Shown here one piece after another: positions 28,417-38,946 of a stretch of 64,000 nucleotides of DNA; positions within the stretch are counted from its first letter, which is position 1; every line of letters starts with the position of its first letter. Made by a program: the position numbers and the translations under genes. The stretch is from an uncultured Candidatus Saccharibacteria bacterium (GTDB lineage Bacteria > Patescibacteriota > Doudnabacteria > UBA920): contig CAZLNP010000005.1 of NCBI GenBank assembly GCA_964561085.1, positions 3,151 through 67,150 on the forward strand, read 5' to 3'. The notes under the pieces were generated by a model. The model worked only from the letters and a program-made list of their open reading frames with translations, searched no databases and was not told the origin of the DNA.

Positions 28417-29409
28417 ATGCCAATTGAATTTGAAACAAAAAAACTACCGATGGAGACTCTGGGAGAGTACCTTTTAGAGGTACGCGGCCAATTTGGCTTC
28501 ACCTTAGAGGAAGTTTCCCAAAAGACTGGGATTTATGAGAAATTTATACATTATATAGAGACAGGGAAATATCACCTTTTGCCACCTGGAGTTTATGTAC
28601 TAGGATTTTTGAAGAAATTGGCCCAGGTATACAATATTTCTTGTGAAGATTTGCTAGACCAGTATAGAAAAGAACGAGGTATAGTAGAGCACCAAGCTTC
28701 AGAAAAATTAGCAGGCCAAAAGAGTTGGAAGGAATGGTTTAAGAAAATTACTATTACTCCTAAGTTATTAACAGTTTCTGGAAGCGCTTTGGTTGGGGCA
28801 ATAGCTTTCTTCTATATAGTATTCCAAGTGTTCGCTATCAATAAAACACCTAACCTCGTAATCACTGAGCCAAAGAATGATGCTGTCATCACAGGCACAT
28901 CAATTAATGTAGTAGGAAAGACTGAGCCAGGAATTACTGTGAGTATTAATGGGCAAAATGTATTCGTTGATCCAGACGGAAAATTCCATACTACTATAGG
29001 AGTAGCGCCAGGGCAAAAAGAACTAAAAATTGATGCGTCTAATAAGTTTGGGAAAAAGAATGAACAGATGTTGGCGCTACGAGTTGAAGAACCTAATGTT
29101 GCTGGAGCAGAAACTACGATTCCATCAGAATTACAATTAGAATTAAAATTTAGCAAAGCTACAAAAATAGAAGTAGAACAAGATGGTACAAAACTGCCAA
29201 GTGAGATAGTTCCCGCTGGCGGTGTTAAGCAAATCACCGCACAAGATAATGTAACTTTAACCACCTATGATGCTGGGAATACTAAAGTAATATTAAACGG
29301 TTCTGAGATTGGATCTTTAGGAAAGTCTGGCGAAAAAATTACTGTACCGTTTTCAAAAGATGCAGCGGACTTGATGACTACTAATGACAGTGAAGTCGAA
29401 AAACTTTAA
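28417..29409 (+). CDS. RodZ-like HTH-TM-Ig protein
   Basis: TLGEYL...LEEVSQKT...YVLGFLKK HTH, one TM, C-terminal DAGN...LNG (DUF4115-like); ftsK-rodZ-recA synteny. Confidence 0.8.
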   Translation: MPIEFETKKLPMETLGEYLLEVRGQFGFTLEEVSQKTGIYEKFIHYIETGKYHLLPPGVYVLGFLKKLAQVYNISCEDLLDQYRKERGIVEHQASEKLAGQKSWKEWFKKITITPKLLTVSGSALVGAIAFFYIVFQVFAINKTPNLVITEPKNDAVITGTSINVVGKTEPGITVSINGQNVFVDPDGKFHTTIGVAPGQKELKIDASNKFGKKNEQMLALRVEEPNVAGAETTIPSELQLELKFSKATKIEVEQDGTKLPSEIVPAGGVKQITAQDNVTLTTYDAGNTKVILNGSEIGSLGKSGEKITVPFSKDAADLMTTNDSEVEKL

Positions 29410-29484
29410 GAATACTTTAGAATAGTTTTACTTTAACTTTATATACAGACTGATATCCTACAAAGGTAATTAAGAAAGAAACAT

Positions 29485-30573
29485 ATGGCAAAAGAAAAAA
29501 AAGCTCCGAAAACAATTGCAGCAGCTTCCACTACTAATAAAGGTAGAGCGGGGGCAATCGATAACGCGATAGATCAGATTCGCGACAAGTTTGGTGATGG
29601 CAGTATTATGAAAATCTCTGATCAACATAAAATGAATGTCGAAGCTACACCCACTGGTTCTATCAGCTTGGACATGGCGCTAGGAGTAGGCGGTATTCCC
29701 AAAGGGCGTATCATTGAAATTTATGGACCTGAGAGTTCTGGTAAGACTACTTTAACTTTGCACATGATTGCAGAAGCGCAAAAGCGTGGTGGCGTAGCTG
29801 CTTTCATCGATGCTGAACACGCCCTAGATCCTGATTACGCTAAACGTATCGGAGTTAATTTAGAAGATTTGCTTATTTCGCAGCCAGACAGTGGTGAGCA
29901 AGCGTTGGATATCACTGAAACTTTAGTTCGTAGCAATGCTTTAGATCTAATTGTAGTGGACTCTGTTGCTGCATTGACCCCACGTGCTGAAATCGAAGGA
30001 GAAATGGGCGCATCTCATATGGGTCTGCAAGCTCGTTTGATGTCACAGGCTTTGCGTAAATTAACAGCTATTATTTCAAAATCTAATACTACTGTTATTT
30101 TCATCAACCAGATTCGTATGAAGATTGGTGTGATGTTCGGTAACCCAGAAACAACTACTGGTGGAAATGCTTTGAAGTTCTACGCTTCGATTCGTATCGA
30201 AATTCGTCGTAGCGCTCAAATTAAGGATGGCGATAAGATTATTGGTAATCGTACAAAAGCTAAGGTGGTAAAGAATAAGGTAGCTCCACCGTTTAAGGTG
30301 GCTGAATTTGATATTATGTATAACGAAGGAATTTCTGCAGCTGGAGATATTCTAGATACTGGTTTGCTTATGGAAGTAATTTCTAAGTCAGGAAACTCGT
30401 ATTCTTACAAAGACGTAAAGCTTGGAGTAGGGCGTGAGACTGCCAAAACCTTCCTGAAAGAAAATAAAGAGATATTTACTCAAATAGATAAAGATCTTCG
30501 TGAGAAACTAGATTCCGGTGGTGGCTTGCCAACCAAAGAGCTTCCTGGAGAAGAGGCAGAAGACGAGGAGTAG
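29485..30573 (+). CDS. recA: Recombinase RecA
   Basis: [23 protein letters not shown]. Confidence 0.99.
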   Translation: MAKEKKAPKTIAAASTTNKGRAGAIDNAIDQIRDKFGDGSIMKISDQHKMNVEATPTGSISLDMALGVGGIPKGRIIEIYGPESSGKTTLTLHMIAEAQKRGGVAAFIDAEHALDPDYAKRIGVNLEDLLISQPDSGEQALDITETLVRSNALDLIVVDSVAALTPRAEIEGEMGASHMGLQARLMSQALRKLTAIISKSNTTVIFINQIRMKIGVMFGNPETTTGGNALKFYASIRIEIRRSAQIKDGDKIIGNRTKAKVVKNKVAPPFKVAEFDIMYNEGISAAGDILDTGLLMEVISKSGNSYSYKDVKLGVGRETAKTFLKENKEIFTQIDKDLREKLDSGGGLPTKELPGEEAEDEE

Positions 30574-30635
30574 TTAATAGCAGTTATATAGTGAAAGCAC
30601 CTGACCTCGGGTGCTTTTTGCTTTATACTATATAT

Positions 30636-32882
30636 ATGTCAAAAGAACACATAGATTTATCAGATCAGCTTTATTGTAGTGTAGACTTGGAGTTCACTGG
30701 GTTTGACCCGGCTCGCGACCAAATCTTAGAGATTGGATTCGCGTTCTTTCGTATGACCGAAAAGGGCGCAGAAATTACAGAGCAATGGTCCCAAGTGTTT
30801 AAATCATCAATAGAAGTACACCCAAAGATTTTAGGCTTAACTGGTATCACTCAAGAAGAGCTCGATGCAGCCCCCGATTTTAATGATCACAGAGAATTTT
30901 TGCAGGAGAAACTTGGTAATGCAATAATCGTTGGGCATAACCCTGTGATGGATGTAAAATTTTTGGAAGCTTATGGTTTGAAGCTATCTGGAAAGATAAT
31001 AGATACACTAGAGTTAGTGCAATTCATTTTACCCACACATCATAGTTATAACTTAGAGAACCTGGTCCACTACTTTGGCGTTAAGCATCACAATGCTCAT
31101 CGAGCTTTAGGCGATGCTATTTCTACGATTACAGTCTTGGAAAATTTATTACGAACATATAACCAGTTTTCTAAGAAGCTAAAACAAGAGTTAACATCTG
31201 TAGTATCCCGTGGAGACTTTCTATGGCAAAAGTTATTTGAACAAGAGTTAGAACAAAAAGAAGTTGAACAAAACGATTCGCTAAAGCATGCAACTACTTC
31301 GGACTCTTTGCAACAACTGAAACTTAGTGAAGACTTAATTTCAATTGATGAGTCTCCAGATAATCATGAAGTGCGTGTTGCTCTTGGCTTAAAGTCTGAT
31401 GCAGTACCTTCAGTGTTAGCTGTAGAAACATCGGCAACTGTAATGAAGCTATGGAAAGATGGTTTAGTCCATGGTGTGTTTCGTACAGAAGACACATTCT
31501 CAAAACCAGCTTTTGAAAAATTTCTAAAGGGTGCAACAACTAGTGAAGAATTAAGATTCTGTTTGAAAATAATTGTTTGGCTCCACACTAACTGGCAAAC
31601 AGAAGTTGTTTTCGATTTGAACATATCTTTCTTTGGCGGACAATTTAGAACTTTCATTACAGGCGGACTTCCAAAGGTTGGTAACGAACCAGTCTTATGT
31701 GTAGACTACGCTACATTGCAGACTTTAACTTCGACAAAGATTTTTAAAAACTTTAAAGACCGCCAATTAGTTGTAGTCGATATTCAAAATTTTGAAAAGT
31801 TTATGAGCACTGGATTTGGCACACGCTTAAGTTGGAGCTCTGTCCTTTACTCTTTGAAGATGATTTACAATCCTGAAACAGATTTTGGAAACCAGGATGC
31901 CAAAGAGAAAGTAATGTCTGCGCTCGTAAGTACAGACCTATTCTTTGGTTTGGTCTACATGCTAATGCATCAGACTTTTCCTAGTAAACCCTACGCGACC
32001 TTAGAAGAGTTGGAAAGCAATCATAGCCATATCTTTGGTCGACTCCAAAGGGCGGCAGAAAGTCTAAAAGAGAAGCTACAACAAGTTCATGTTATTTCAG
32101 AGGCTGTGGATCTGAGTAGAACTATTAATTTTCTTGAAAGCTTTTTCTCGCTTACAGAAGGTCGAGTTAAGTGGGTAACTATTGATGAGCGCAACCTTTC
32201 ATTTAATGATCTGCCCATTGATATCTCTGACAGCGTCCAAGGTATTCTTAGTGGGTTCAGTAATGTTAGGTTTACTGAAACAATATCTCAGCTGAACTTA
32301 CTTTCTTACCTGGTCGACCGTCTCGGTTTGCATACTGAGACATCCGAGTTTGCTAAGTTATCTAGCAGTATGGTTCCAAGTAATCTAAACTTTGCTTCTT
32401 TCGACGTAGCTCTAAGTGAGTCGCAATTGTTTGAAGAAACTACAGTATCTCCTCTCCCACTAATCATTATTTTCCCTGATCCAGTATCTATAAAAAACTT
32501 TTACAATGCGCACTACTCTAAGATTAAAGAGAAAGCTGCATTATTTGCTCAAGGATACTCTGGAGGCGGTAACAAAATGTTTAGAAACTTTAGTATTAAA
32601 GAAAATAGCATTCTATTAGTCACTGCAGACTTTATGGCAAAGCAGAATTATAAAATTTCTGCGAGAACAGTAGTGTTTACGAGCGCACCAGGAGTTGAAA
32701 AGGATCATCCATACACTTCCGCTATCCTTAAACACTGGCAAAGCAAGCATGAAGATTTAATTTCTGCGTTCCAGTTGTCTAAAATTATTTTTGCAATAAA
32801 AAAATTGCAATTAAGTCACTCTGTCAGTGTTAAAATGTATAATTTTTCCAAAAATAATATTTTTGTGGATAAGAGTCGTTGA
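30636..32882 (+). CDS. DEDDh 3'-5' exonuclease fused to a degenerate DinG-like helicase region
   Basis: VDLEFTG, GHN..MD, HRALGDA intact; no Walker A or DEAH recognisable in the remainder. Confidence 0.75.
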   Translation: MSKEHIDLSDQLYCSVDLEFTGFDPARDQILEIGFAFFRMTEKGAEITEQWSQVFKSSIEVHPKILGLTGITQEELDAAPDFNDHREFLQEKLGNAIIVGHNPVMDVKFLEAYGLKLSGKIIDTLELVQFILPTHHSYNLENLVHYFGVKHHNAHRALGDAISTITVLENLLRTYNQFSKKLKQELTSVVSRGDFLWQKLFEQELEQKEVEQNDSLKHATTSDSLQQLKLSEDLISIDESPDNHEVRVALGLKSDAVPSVLAVETSATVMKLWKDGLVHGVFRTEDTFSKPAFEKFLKGATTSEELRFCLKIIVWLHTNWQTEVVFDLNISFFGGQFRTFITGGLPKVGNEPVLCVDYATLQTLTSTKIFKNFKDRQLVVVDIQNFEKFMSTGFGTRLSWSSVLYSLKMIYNPETDFGNQDAKEKVMSALVSTDLFFGLVYMLMHQTFPSKPYATLEELESNHSHIFGRLQRAAESLKEKLQQVHVISEAVDLSRTINFLESFFSLTEGRVKWVTIDERNLSFNDLPIDISDSVQGILSGFSNVRFTETISQLNLLSYLVDRLGLHTETSEFAKLSSSMVPSNLNFASFDVALSESQLFEETTVSPLPLIIIFPDPVSIKNFYNAHYSKIKEKAALFAQGYSGGGNKMFRNFSIKENSILLVTADFMAKQNYKISARTVVFTSAPGVEKDHPYTSAILKHWQSKHEDLISAFQLSKIIFAIKKLQLSHSVSVKMYNFSKNNIFVDKSR

Positions 32883-32937
32883 CAAAATGAAAAATTTGTG
32901 ATAACATATGTATGTAAGTTAATTAGCTCTTTGAAAA
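32864..32937 (+). promoter_or_regulatory. DnaA box, sigma70 promoter and boxA
   Basis: TGTGGATAA 32864-32872; TTGACA 32879-32884, 17 bp, TAACAT 32902-32907 with extended TG; GCTCTTTGAAAA 32926-32937. Confidence 0.7.
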
Positions 32938-33460
32938 CGAAATACTAACATCGCTTCAAACAAGTAAAACTTGTTTGCGGCAAACCGAAGTTAGCCAAAA
33001 TAGTTAACTGAGGTGCAAACTGAACCGAGGGGATCTGCGCTTGAGCTTCTAGAGAACTCAATTGAGCGTAGCTTTCCTTCTTACTTCTCGTCATAGCCAA
33101 TTCTAATCTTGGCTGACTGAAAAACAAAAATAAAAATGTAGGTTCTTAGCTTCCTTAAAAAGCTACAAAAATTTTTCTAAAACAAAAATCAAAAAACAAA
33201 AAGAACAAAAAAGTTTAGGTCTTCGGACCACAAGAGGAGTTAGGAGTGCAGTTTGCAATTGATTAGAATGTAGACAATTTCTTTCAACATCGTGGTTGAA
33301 GGATCGCTTAAGATGATGAAATGTTATCTAGTGTCTAAGGTCTAGGATCTCATAGGATGAGGTCCTGCAGCTTAGACGCTGAATAGCTCAAGTCTTGAGT
33401 TAGCGTCACAACTGGCCTGTTCATTTATATAATAAGGGGCCCTAGTTGGGGCGCTTTTTG
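32914..33460 (+). ncRNA. Unidentified large structured non-coding RNA (~540 nt)
   Basis: No credible ORF; many nested helices, a C-UUCG-G loop, A-rich linkers, own promoter and T-tract end. Confidence 0.65.
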
Positions 33461-33532
33461 ATTTCTAGACATTTTCATACAAGAGAACTATTATAATAGT
33501 AGAGACAAGAAATATTTTTAAACAAACATATT

Positions 33533-33838
33533 ATGTTATCACAAGAATTTATAGAAGAAATGCGAGCTAAACTTTTAGCAGAAAAAGAATTACTTACTAA
33601 AGACTCAAATGGCTTAGCAGAGCATACTGAACTTGGAAGAGAGTTAGATGAGAATGCTCAAGAAGTTGAGCTGGATGATGTGAACGCTGACATGCGAAGT
33701 CGCATGAAGAGTGATTTAGAAAAGATTGAGAAAGCATTAGCTAAAATAGAAGCAAGTACATACGGTACTGACGATGAAGGCAACGAGATTTCTGAAGAGC
33801 GCTTGCGAGTTATCCCTTGGGCAGATCAAGCAATTTAA
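33533..33838 (+). CDS. DksA/TraR family protein lacking zinc-finger cysteines
   Basis: DENAQEVE coiled-coil tip; IEKALAKIEASTYG...ISEERLRVIPWA. Confidence 0.85.
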   Translation: MLSQEFIEEMRAKLLAEKELLTKDSNGLAEHTELGRELDENAQEVELDDVNADMRSRMKSDLEKIEKALAKIEASTYGTDDEGNEISEERLRVIPWADQAI

Positions 33839-33845
33839 TATTTAT

Positions 33846-34277
33846 ATGAACCGTCAAAAATTTTGGCTAAGCGCGGTTATCTTATTTATTGGAATCGATC
33901 AACTTACAAAGTTGGCAGCAAGCCATTTGGGTTGGTCGATTTTTTTAAACGATAAGTTCGCCTTTAGCCTACCAGTTCCAATATTTTTAATGTACGCAAT
34001 TTACGTTGTAGTACTTTTAGGAATGTCATTTTACGTTTACAAGACTTGGAACCGTTTTGAAAATATTCAAAAACTCGCTTGGGCGTTTGTATATGCTGGA
34101 GGTCTATCGAACATTGGTGAGAGAATTGTTCTTGGTCACGTCAGAGATTTTATTCCTATCTCATCTGGCATGCTAAACGTCGCTGATATTTTTATAATTG
34201 TAGGTTTAGTCTTGTTACTAGTTAGTAATCGCTATTCGAAAACAAATGAAGAAAGTGTAGCAGAGAAAACTTTATAA
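33846..34277 (+). CDS. lspA: Lipoprotein signal peptidase II
   Basis: IDQLTK, GGLSNIGER...VRDFI, NVADI. Confidence 0.88.
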   Translation: MNRQKFWLSAVILFIGIDQLTKLAASHLGWSIFLNDKFAFSLPVPIFLMYAIYVVVLLGMSFYVYKTWNRFENIQKLAWAFVYAGGLSNIGERIVLGHVRDFIPISSGMLNVADIFIIVGLVLLLVSNRYSKTNEESVAEKTL

Positions 34278-34320
34278 AATCTTTACGCTAACTTTATCTT
34301 GCACTTGATATTCTGTATTT

Positions 34321-35865
34321 ATGTCAGTACAGAAAATCATGACCGCTACGGCAATAGGAATTAATGCATCACTAGTTTCTGTGGAAGCAGATGTTAGTAA
34401 TGGTTTGCCAGCAACAATTATAGTAGGACTTCCCGATACTGCGGTTTTGGAAAGTAGAGAACGAGTTCGTTCGGCAATAAAGCACTCTGGTTTTCAGTAT
34501 CCTCAAACTCGAGTGTCTTTGAACTTGGCCCCAGGTAGTTTGCCAAAAGTTGGCACTCACTTTGATTTACCTATTGCAGTAGCAATTATGTTGGCTAACG
34601 GTTTAAAGGTAAGTGCTGAATTCAAAAACTGCGACAGCGTCTTATTCGCAGGCGAGTTGTCTTTGGATGGCTCAATAAAATCGGTGCCAGGAATATTAGC
34701 AATGGTTCAGGCTTCTAGGGATGCTGGGTTCAAAATGGCGTTTGTCCCCAGGCCAAATGCTGCCATGGCAGGATTGGTCGAGGGCATAACTATATATCCG
34801 GCAGATACCTTAGAACAGCTCATTAGGCATATGATAGGCGAAGAAAGTATCGACTGTTCTTCTGTGGGATTGGGTGAGCTAGGCAACGCCTTAACAAAAG
34901 ATATCTATATAGACTTTTCAGATATTGCCGGCCAACACTACGCCAAGCGTGCCTTAGAAATAGCAGCTGCGGGTGGCCACAATATACTACTTACTGGTCC
35001 ACCAGGAAGTGGGAAGACAATGCTTGCAAAAGCATTGCCAGGAATTATGCCATCGCTAGATCAGAATGAAATTTTAGAGCTTACTAAAATATATAACAGC
35101 TCTGGATTGATGCATTCGGGAGTGATGAACCACCGTCCAGTGCGAAGCCCTCATCATACTGCTTCGTCAGCTTCGTTAATCGGAGGTGGCGCTGTACCAA
35201 GACCAGGTGAAGTAACGTTAGCGCATTACGGTGTTTTGTTTTTGGATGAATTTCCTGAATTCTCTAGAACAGTCTTGGAAGTTTTGAGACAGCCTTTGGA
35301 AGATAGTAAGATTACTATTACCCGCTCGCGTTATTCTTACACTTTTCCATCAAGGTTTATTTTAGTTGCTGCACAGAATCCTTGCCCATGTGGAAACTAT
35401 GAACAAGAAAATTTAGAATGTACTTGCCATCCTTCATCTGTGGGGCGTTATCGCAAGAAAATATCAGGTCCGCTTTTGGACAGAATTGATTTGCACATTA
35501 ATGTCCCTAGATTAGAGTACAAAGATTTAATGTCTAACCCTTCGGACGATCTTGAAAAAGAGACCAGCGGAAAAGTTCAAAGTCGAGTCGAAAGAGCTCG
35601 CCTTGTTCAAGCTGAGCGATTTAAAAAATCTAAAACAAATCATGAGATGGATCCTGATGAATTAAAAACGTTTTGTGAAATAGATAAAGAGAGTAATTCA
35701 TTGCTAGAATTGGCTGCGAACAAGTATCATCTATCGGGTCGAAGCATTCACAGGATTTTGAAAGTCGCACGCACTATTGCCGACTTAGCGGGTAGTAAGG
35801 ATATAGATCTCCAACATTTAACAGAAAGTCTGCAATATAGATTGCGAGAGGACCCAACTGCGTAG
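34321..35865 (+). CDS. comM: YifB/ComM Mg-chelatase-like AAA ATPase
   Basis: VGLPD...ESRERV, GPPGSGKT, RSPHH, LFLDEFPEF, NPCPCG. Confidence 0.93.
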   Translation: MSVQKIMTATAIGINASLVSVEADVSNGLPATIIVGLPDTAVLESRERVRSAIKHSGFQYPQTRVSLNLAPGSLPKVGTHFDLPIAVAIMLANGLKVSAEFKNCDSVLFAGELSLDGSIKSVPGILAMVQASRDAGFKMAFVPRPNAAMAGLVEGITIYPADTLEQLIRHMIGEESIDCSSVGLGELGNALTKDIYIDFSDIAGQHYAKRALEIAAAGGHNILLTGPPGSGKTMLAKALPGIMPSLDQNEILELTKIYNSSGLMHSGVMNHRPVRSPHHTASSASLIGGGAVPRPGEVTLAHYGVLFLDEFPEFSRTVLEVLRQPLEDSKITITRSRYSYTFPSRFILVAAQNPCPCGNYEQENLECTCHPSSVGRYRKKISGPLLDRIDLHINVPRLEYKDLMSNPSDDLEKETSGKVQSRVERARLVQAERFKKSKTNHEMDPDELKTFCEIDKESNSLLELAANKYHLSGRSIHRILKVARTIADLAGSKDIDLQHLTESLQYRLREDPTA

Positions 35866-35877
35866 TATAATGCAGTC

Positions 35878-36777
35878 ATGCAGAAAAAAATCAGAAAAGC
35901 GGTTATTCCTGTTGCTGGCTTCGGAACAAGGTTCCTGCCTGCTACAAAAGCCCAGCCAAAGGAAATGTTGCCTTTGGTAGATAAGCCAATTATCCAATAT
36001 GTAGTTGAAGATGCCGTTTCCGCTGGAATTGAGGATATCATCCTTGTTACTGGATGGCACAAACGCAATATTGAAGACCATTTTGATTACCCTTTTGAAT
36101 TAGAAAAAAGACTGGAAGAAGCTGGGAAAATCCAGCAATTAGAAGAAATTCGCGCAATTGCTAACTTGGCGAACTTCTATTATGTTCGTCAAAAAGGCCC
36201 TATGGGTAATGGAACCCCTATTTGGAATGCTCGTCATATTATTGGCGATGAGCCATTTTTGGTTCTATGGGGCGATGAATTTGTTGATGCAGCCCCAAAA
36301 ACTCGTTCTCAGCAGTTAGTAGAAGCGTATGAAAAACACGGTGGAAGCGCCATTCTAGGAGCAATCCGCACTACTAGAGATGAAGACTACAAGAGATATG
36401 GCTATGCCATGGGCGAAGAAGTAAGTCCTGGAGTCATCGGGATTGATAAATTCATTGAAAAACCCGGCGTTGGAGTGATTGACTCTCCTTATGCGGTTGT
36501 CGGAGGCTACGTGTTTAGCCCGGATATTTTCCCTGCAATGGAGCAAGCCATGAAGAATCTTGAAGAGAAGAATACTCCTGATGAACTCTATTGGGCTGAC
36601 GGCATGAATATTATGCTAGAACAAGGTAAAAAAACTTTTGCAGTAGAGATCAAAGATGGAAGATATTATGATTGTGGAAACAAACTTGAGTATCTAAAAG
36701 CGGTAGTGGAATTCGGTTTAAAACATACTGAAATTAAAGATGAGTTCTCTGAGTTCCTGAAGAAAATTTCAAGATAA
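35878..36777 (+). CDS. galU: UTP--glucose-1-phosphate uridylyltransferase
   Basis: KAVIPVAGFGTRFLPATKAQPKEMLP, EKP, DCG. Confidence 0.95.
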   Translation: MQKKIRKAVIPVAGFGTRFLPATKAQPKEMLPLVDKPIIQYVVEDAVSAGIEDIILVTGWHKRNIEDHFDYPFELEKRLEEAGKIQQLEEIRAIANLANFYYVRQKGPMGNGTPIWNARHIIGDEPFLVLWGDEFVDAAPKTRSQQLVEAYEKHGGSAILGAIRTTRDEDYKRYGYAMGEEVSPGVIGIDKFIEKPGVGVIDSPYAVVGGYVFSPDIFPAMEQAMKNLEEKNTPDELYWADGMNIMLEQGKKTFAVEIKDGRYYDCGNKLEYLKAVVEFGLKHTEIKDEFSEFLKKISR

Positions 36778-36847
36778 ATTCAAATCTAAAATTTAGCCCT
36801 AAAATAAACAAAAAAGTAAATCATTCCTCAAAATGGTACAAATAAAA

Positions 36848-38152
36848 ATGAAAAATTATTTTAAAAAGATTAGTAAATTTTCAGTGATCATAGCGGTCGC
36901 TGCTTTGTCATTGATATCAGCAGGGTGTGGTGGTGGTGAACAAACAGCAGATCCAGTAACTATTAAAATTTGGAAGCCATTTGTTGACTCAGATAAAATG
37001 CAGTCAATTATGTCGGCGTATCAAGCTAAGCATACGAACGTAACTTTTGAATATACAAAGAAAAATATAGAAAACTACGAAGCTGATTTGTTGAATGCAC
37101 TCGCTGCAGGAAACGGTCCCGATATTTACTCTATCAATAACACTTGGGTGCCAAGATATATGGATAAGATTACTCCAGCACCAGACAAAGTTTTTACAGT
37201 GAAAGACTATAAAGAAGCTTTCGTAGATTCGATGGTAACAGATCTGATTAAAGACAACAAAATTTACGGTACAGCTATGTGGGTGGATTCTTTAGGGTTA
37301 TATTACAACAAAGATTTAATGGGAACAGCAGGAATTGCGGTACCTCCGAAGACTTGGGATCAGCTTGCTGAACAATCTAGAAGAATTACTCGCCAAGATG
37401 CTAATGGCTATTTTAGCCGCAGTGGTGTTGCGATAGGTACAAACTCCAATGTTAATCGTGGTGTGGATGTTATTTATTTATTAATGCTCCAAGCCGGAAC
37501 AATTCCTTGGACTGCAGATGGAAGCTCTCCTCAATTTGCTGGCAGCGTTAACAAGGGTGGCAACCAAGTAAATCCAGGTGAAGAAGCAGTTAGTTTTTAC
37601 ACCTCATTCTCTGATCCTTCAGGAGGAAACTATACATGGAACGAAGCCAGTGATTACTCAACTGATGCATTTGCAAATGGAAGAGCCGCATTCCTATATG
37701 GATACTCATACGCTCGTGAGCAAATAGATGCTAAAGCGCCAAATTTAAATTACGATGTTGCGCCAGTCCCTCAAAATAATCTTGATAACCCAACTGTTAA
37801 CTACTCTAATTACTTCGCAGAAGTAGTTAGCAAACAAAGTAAGCAGTCAGCTTGGGCATGGGATTTCTTGAAATTTGCTACTAGCAAAGATTCTCTGGAT
37901 AAATACTATAAGACAGACAAGCAGCCATCATCACGCCGTGATTTGATTGAGTTGCAAACAAGCGATGTTGAAATTGGGGTATTTGCTCATGCAAACTTAA
38001 CTGGAAAAACTTTTTATAAAGCAGATGAAGCAAAGTTTGATGCAATCATCGGTGACATGATTGATAATATTGTTTTGCGTGGCCAGCCAGTTGAACAAGC
38101 TTTGACTCGAGCGCAGTCGCAAGCTAGTACTCTATCTTTGATAAGAAAATAA
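36848..38152 (+). CDS. ABC-type sugar-binding lipoprotein (SBP family 1); no permease adjacent
   Basis: Lipobox ISAGC; AAGNGPDI, LYYNKDL, PKTWD, AWDFLKF. Confidence 0.85.
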   Translation: MKNYFKKISKFSVIIAVAALSLISAGCGGGEQTADPVTIKIWKPFVDSDKMQSIMSAYQAKHTNVTFEYTKKNIENYEADLLNALAAGNGPDIYSINNTWVPRYMDKITPAPDKVFTVKDYKEAFVDSMVTDLIKDNKIYGTAMWVDSLGLYYNKDLMGTAGIAVPPKTWDQLAEQSRRITRQDANGYFSRSGVAIGTNSNVNRGVDVIYLLMLQAGTIPWTADGSSPQFAGSVNKGGNQVNPGEEAVSFYTSFSDPSGGNYTWNEASDYSTDAFANGRAAFLYGYSYAREQIDAKAPNLNYDVAPVPQNNLDNPTVNYSNYFAEVVSKQSKQSAWAWDFLKFATSKDSLDKYYKTDKQPSSRRDLIELQTSDVEIGVFAHANLTGKTFYKADEAKFDAIIGDMIDNIVLRGQPVEQALTRAQSQASTLSLIRK

Positions 38153-38157
38153 ATCGA

Positions 38158-38934
38158 ATGACAAAAATATTGCATCAAATAAAAAATGTTGTAGTCACTA
38201 GCTTAAGCAAAGCAATTATTGTTGTATCTTTGTTTGCAACTTTGGGAATGGTTTATGCTCAGCTTGAACCTGTAGTTGTTGTGCAGGCGCAATCTGCAGA
38301 AGCTACAAAGATTGCGGAACAGACAGCTCAGTCGGTTTATCAAACTGCTCTAAAACAAGGTCAATCTAAACAGGAAGCTCAAGTTGTCTCAGATACAACG
38401 CGGGACAGCTTGTTAATTGTATATAAGACTACTTATGATTCTGCTAAAGCACTTAAAAAGACAGACGCTCAGGCTGAAAAAGAAGCAATAGAGGAAGAAA
38501 ATAAAGCTGCTCAGAAAATTATTGCGGCTTCTCAGCAGGCTATAGGTGGCACCAAAAAAACCAATACAACAACAACTCAGAATGGCGACGCGGGTGGTTT
38601 TGTACCTTGTGGGAACGAAGCAACTAATCCATGTCAGATTGGTCATCTATTTTCAGCCTTCGTAGTTATTATTAACTACCTCATTGCGATGGCAGGATTC
38701 ATCGCTGTAATTGCAATCGTTTATGCTGGGTTTATGATGGTTTACTCCCAAGGTCAAGAACAACTTAAAGCAGCCAAAGGTAGAATATCTGGTGCTGTTA
38801 TAGGACTAGTATTGGTGGCGGCCGCTTTCATTATTATTAACGCTATTTTTGCGGGTAGTCTGAGCATAGGTGTTAAAAGCGGTGGAAATATTTTATCAAG
38901 TCCACTTGATTACATTCAGAATGGCGGGAAGTAA
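38158..38934 (+). CDS. T4SS pilin-like (VirB2/TrbC-like) membrane protein 1
   Basis: VPCG...C then IVYAGF...AKGRISGAVIGL..AAFII. Confidence 0.8.
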   Translation: MTKILHQIKNVVVTSLSKAIIVVSLFATLGMVYAQLEPVVVVQAQSAEATKIAEQTAQSVYQTALKQGQSKQEAQVVSDTTRDSLLIVYKTTYDSAKALKKTDAQAEKEAIEEENKAAQKIIAASQQAIGGTKKTNTTTTQNGDAGGFVPCGNEATNPCQIGHLFSAFVVIINYLIAMAGFIAVIAIVYAGFMMVYSQGQEQLKAAKGRISGAVIGLVLVAAAFIIINAIFAGSLSIGVKSGGNILSSPLDYIQNGGK

Positions 38935-38946
38935 TATATTAATACT

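Noticed and set aside
32945-33127. 60-aa minus-strand ORF
   Set aside because: No SD or promoter, no recognisable motif; antisense to the structured RNA.
32914-33460. RNase P RNA, tmRNA or rRNA assignment for the large structured region
   Set aside because: No GAGGAAAGUCC P4 motif, no tRNA-like ends or CCA, and no rRNA conserved sequence.
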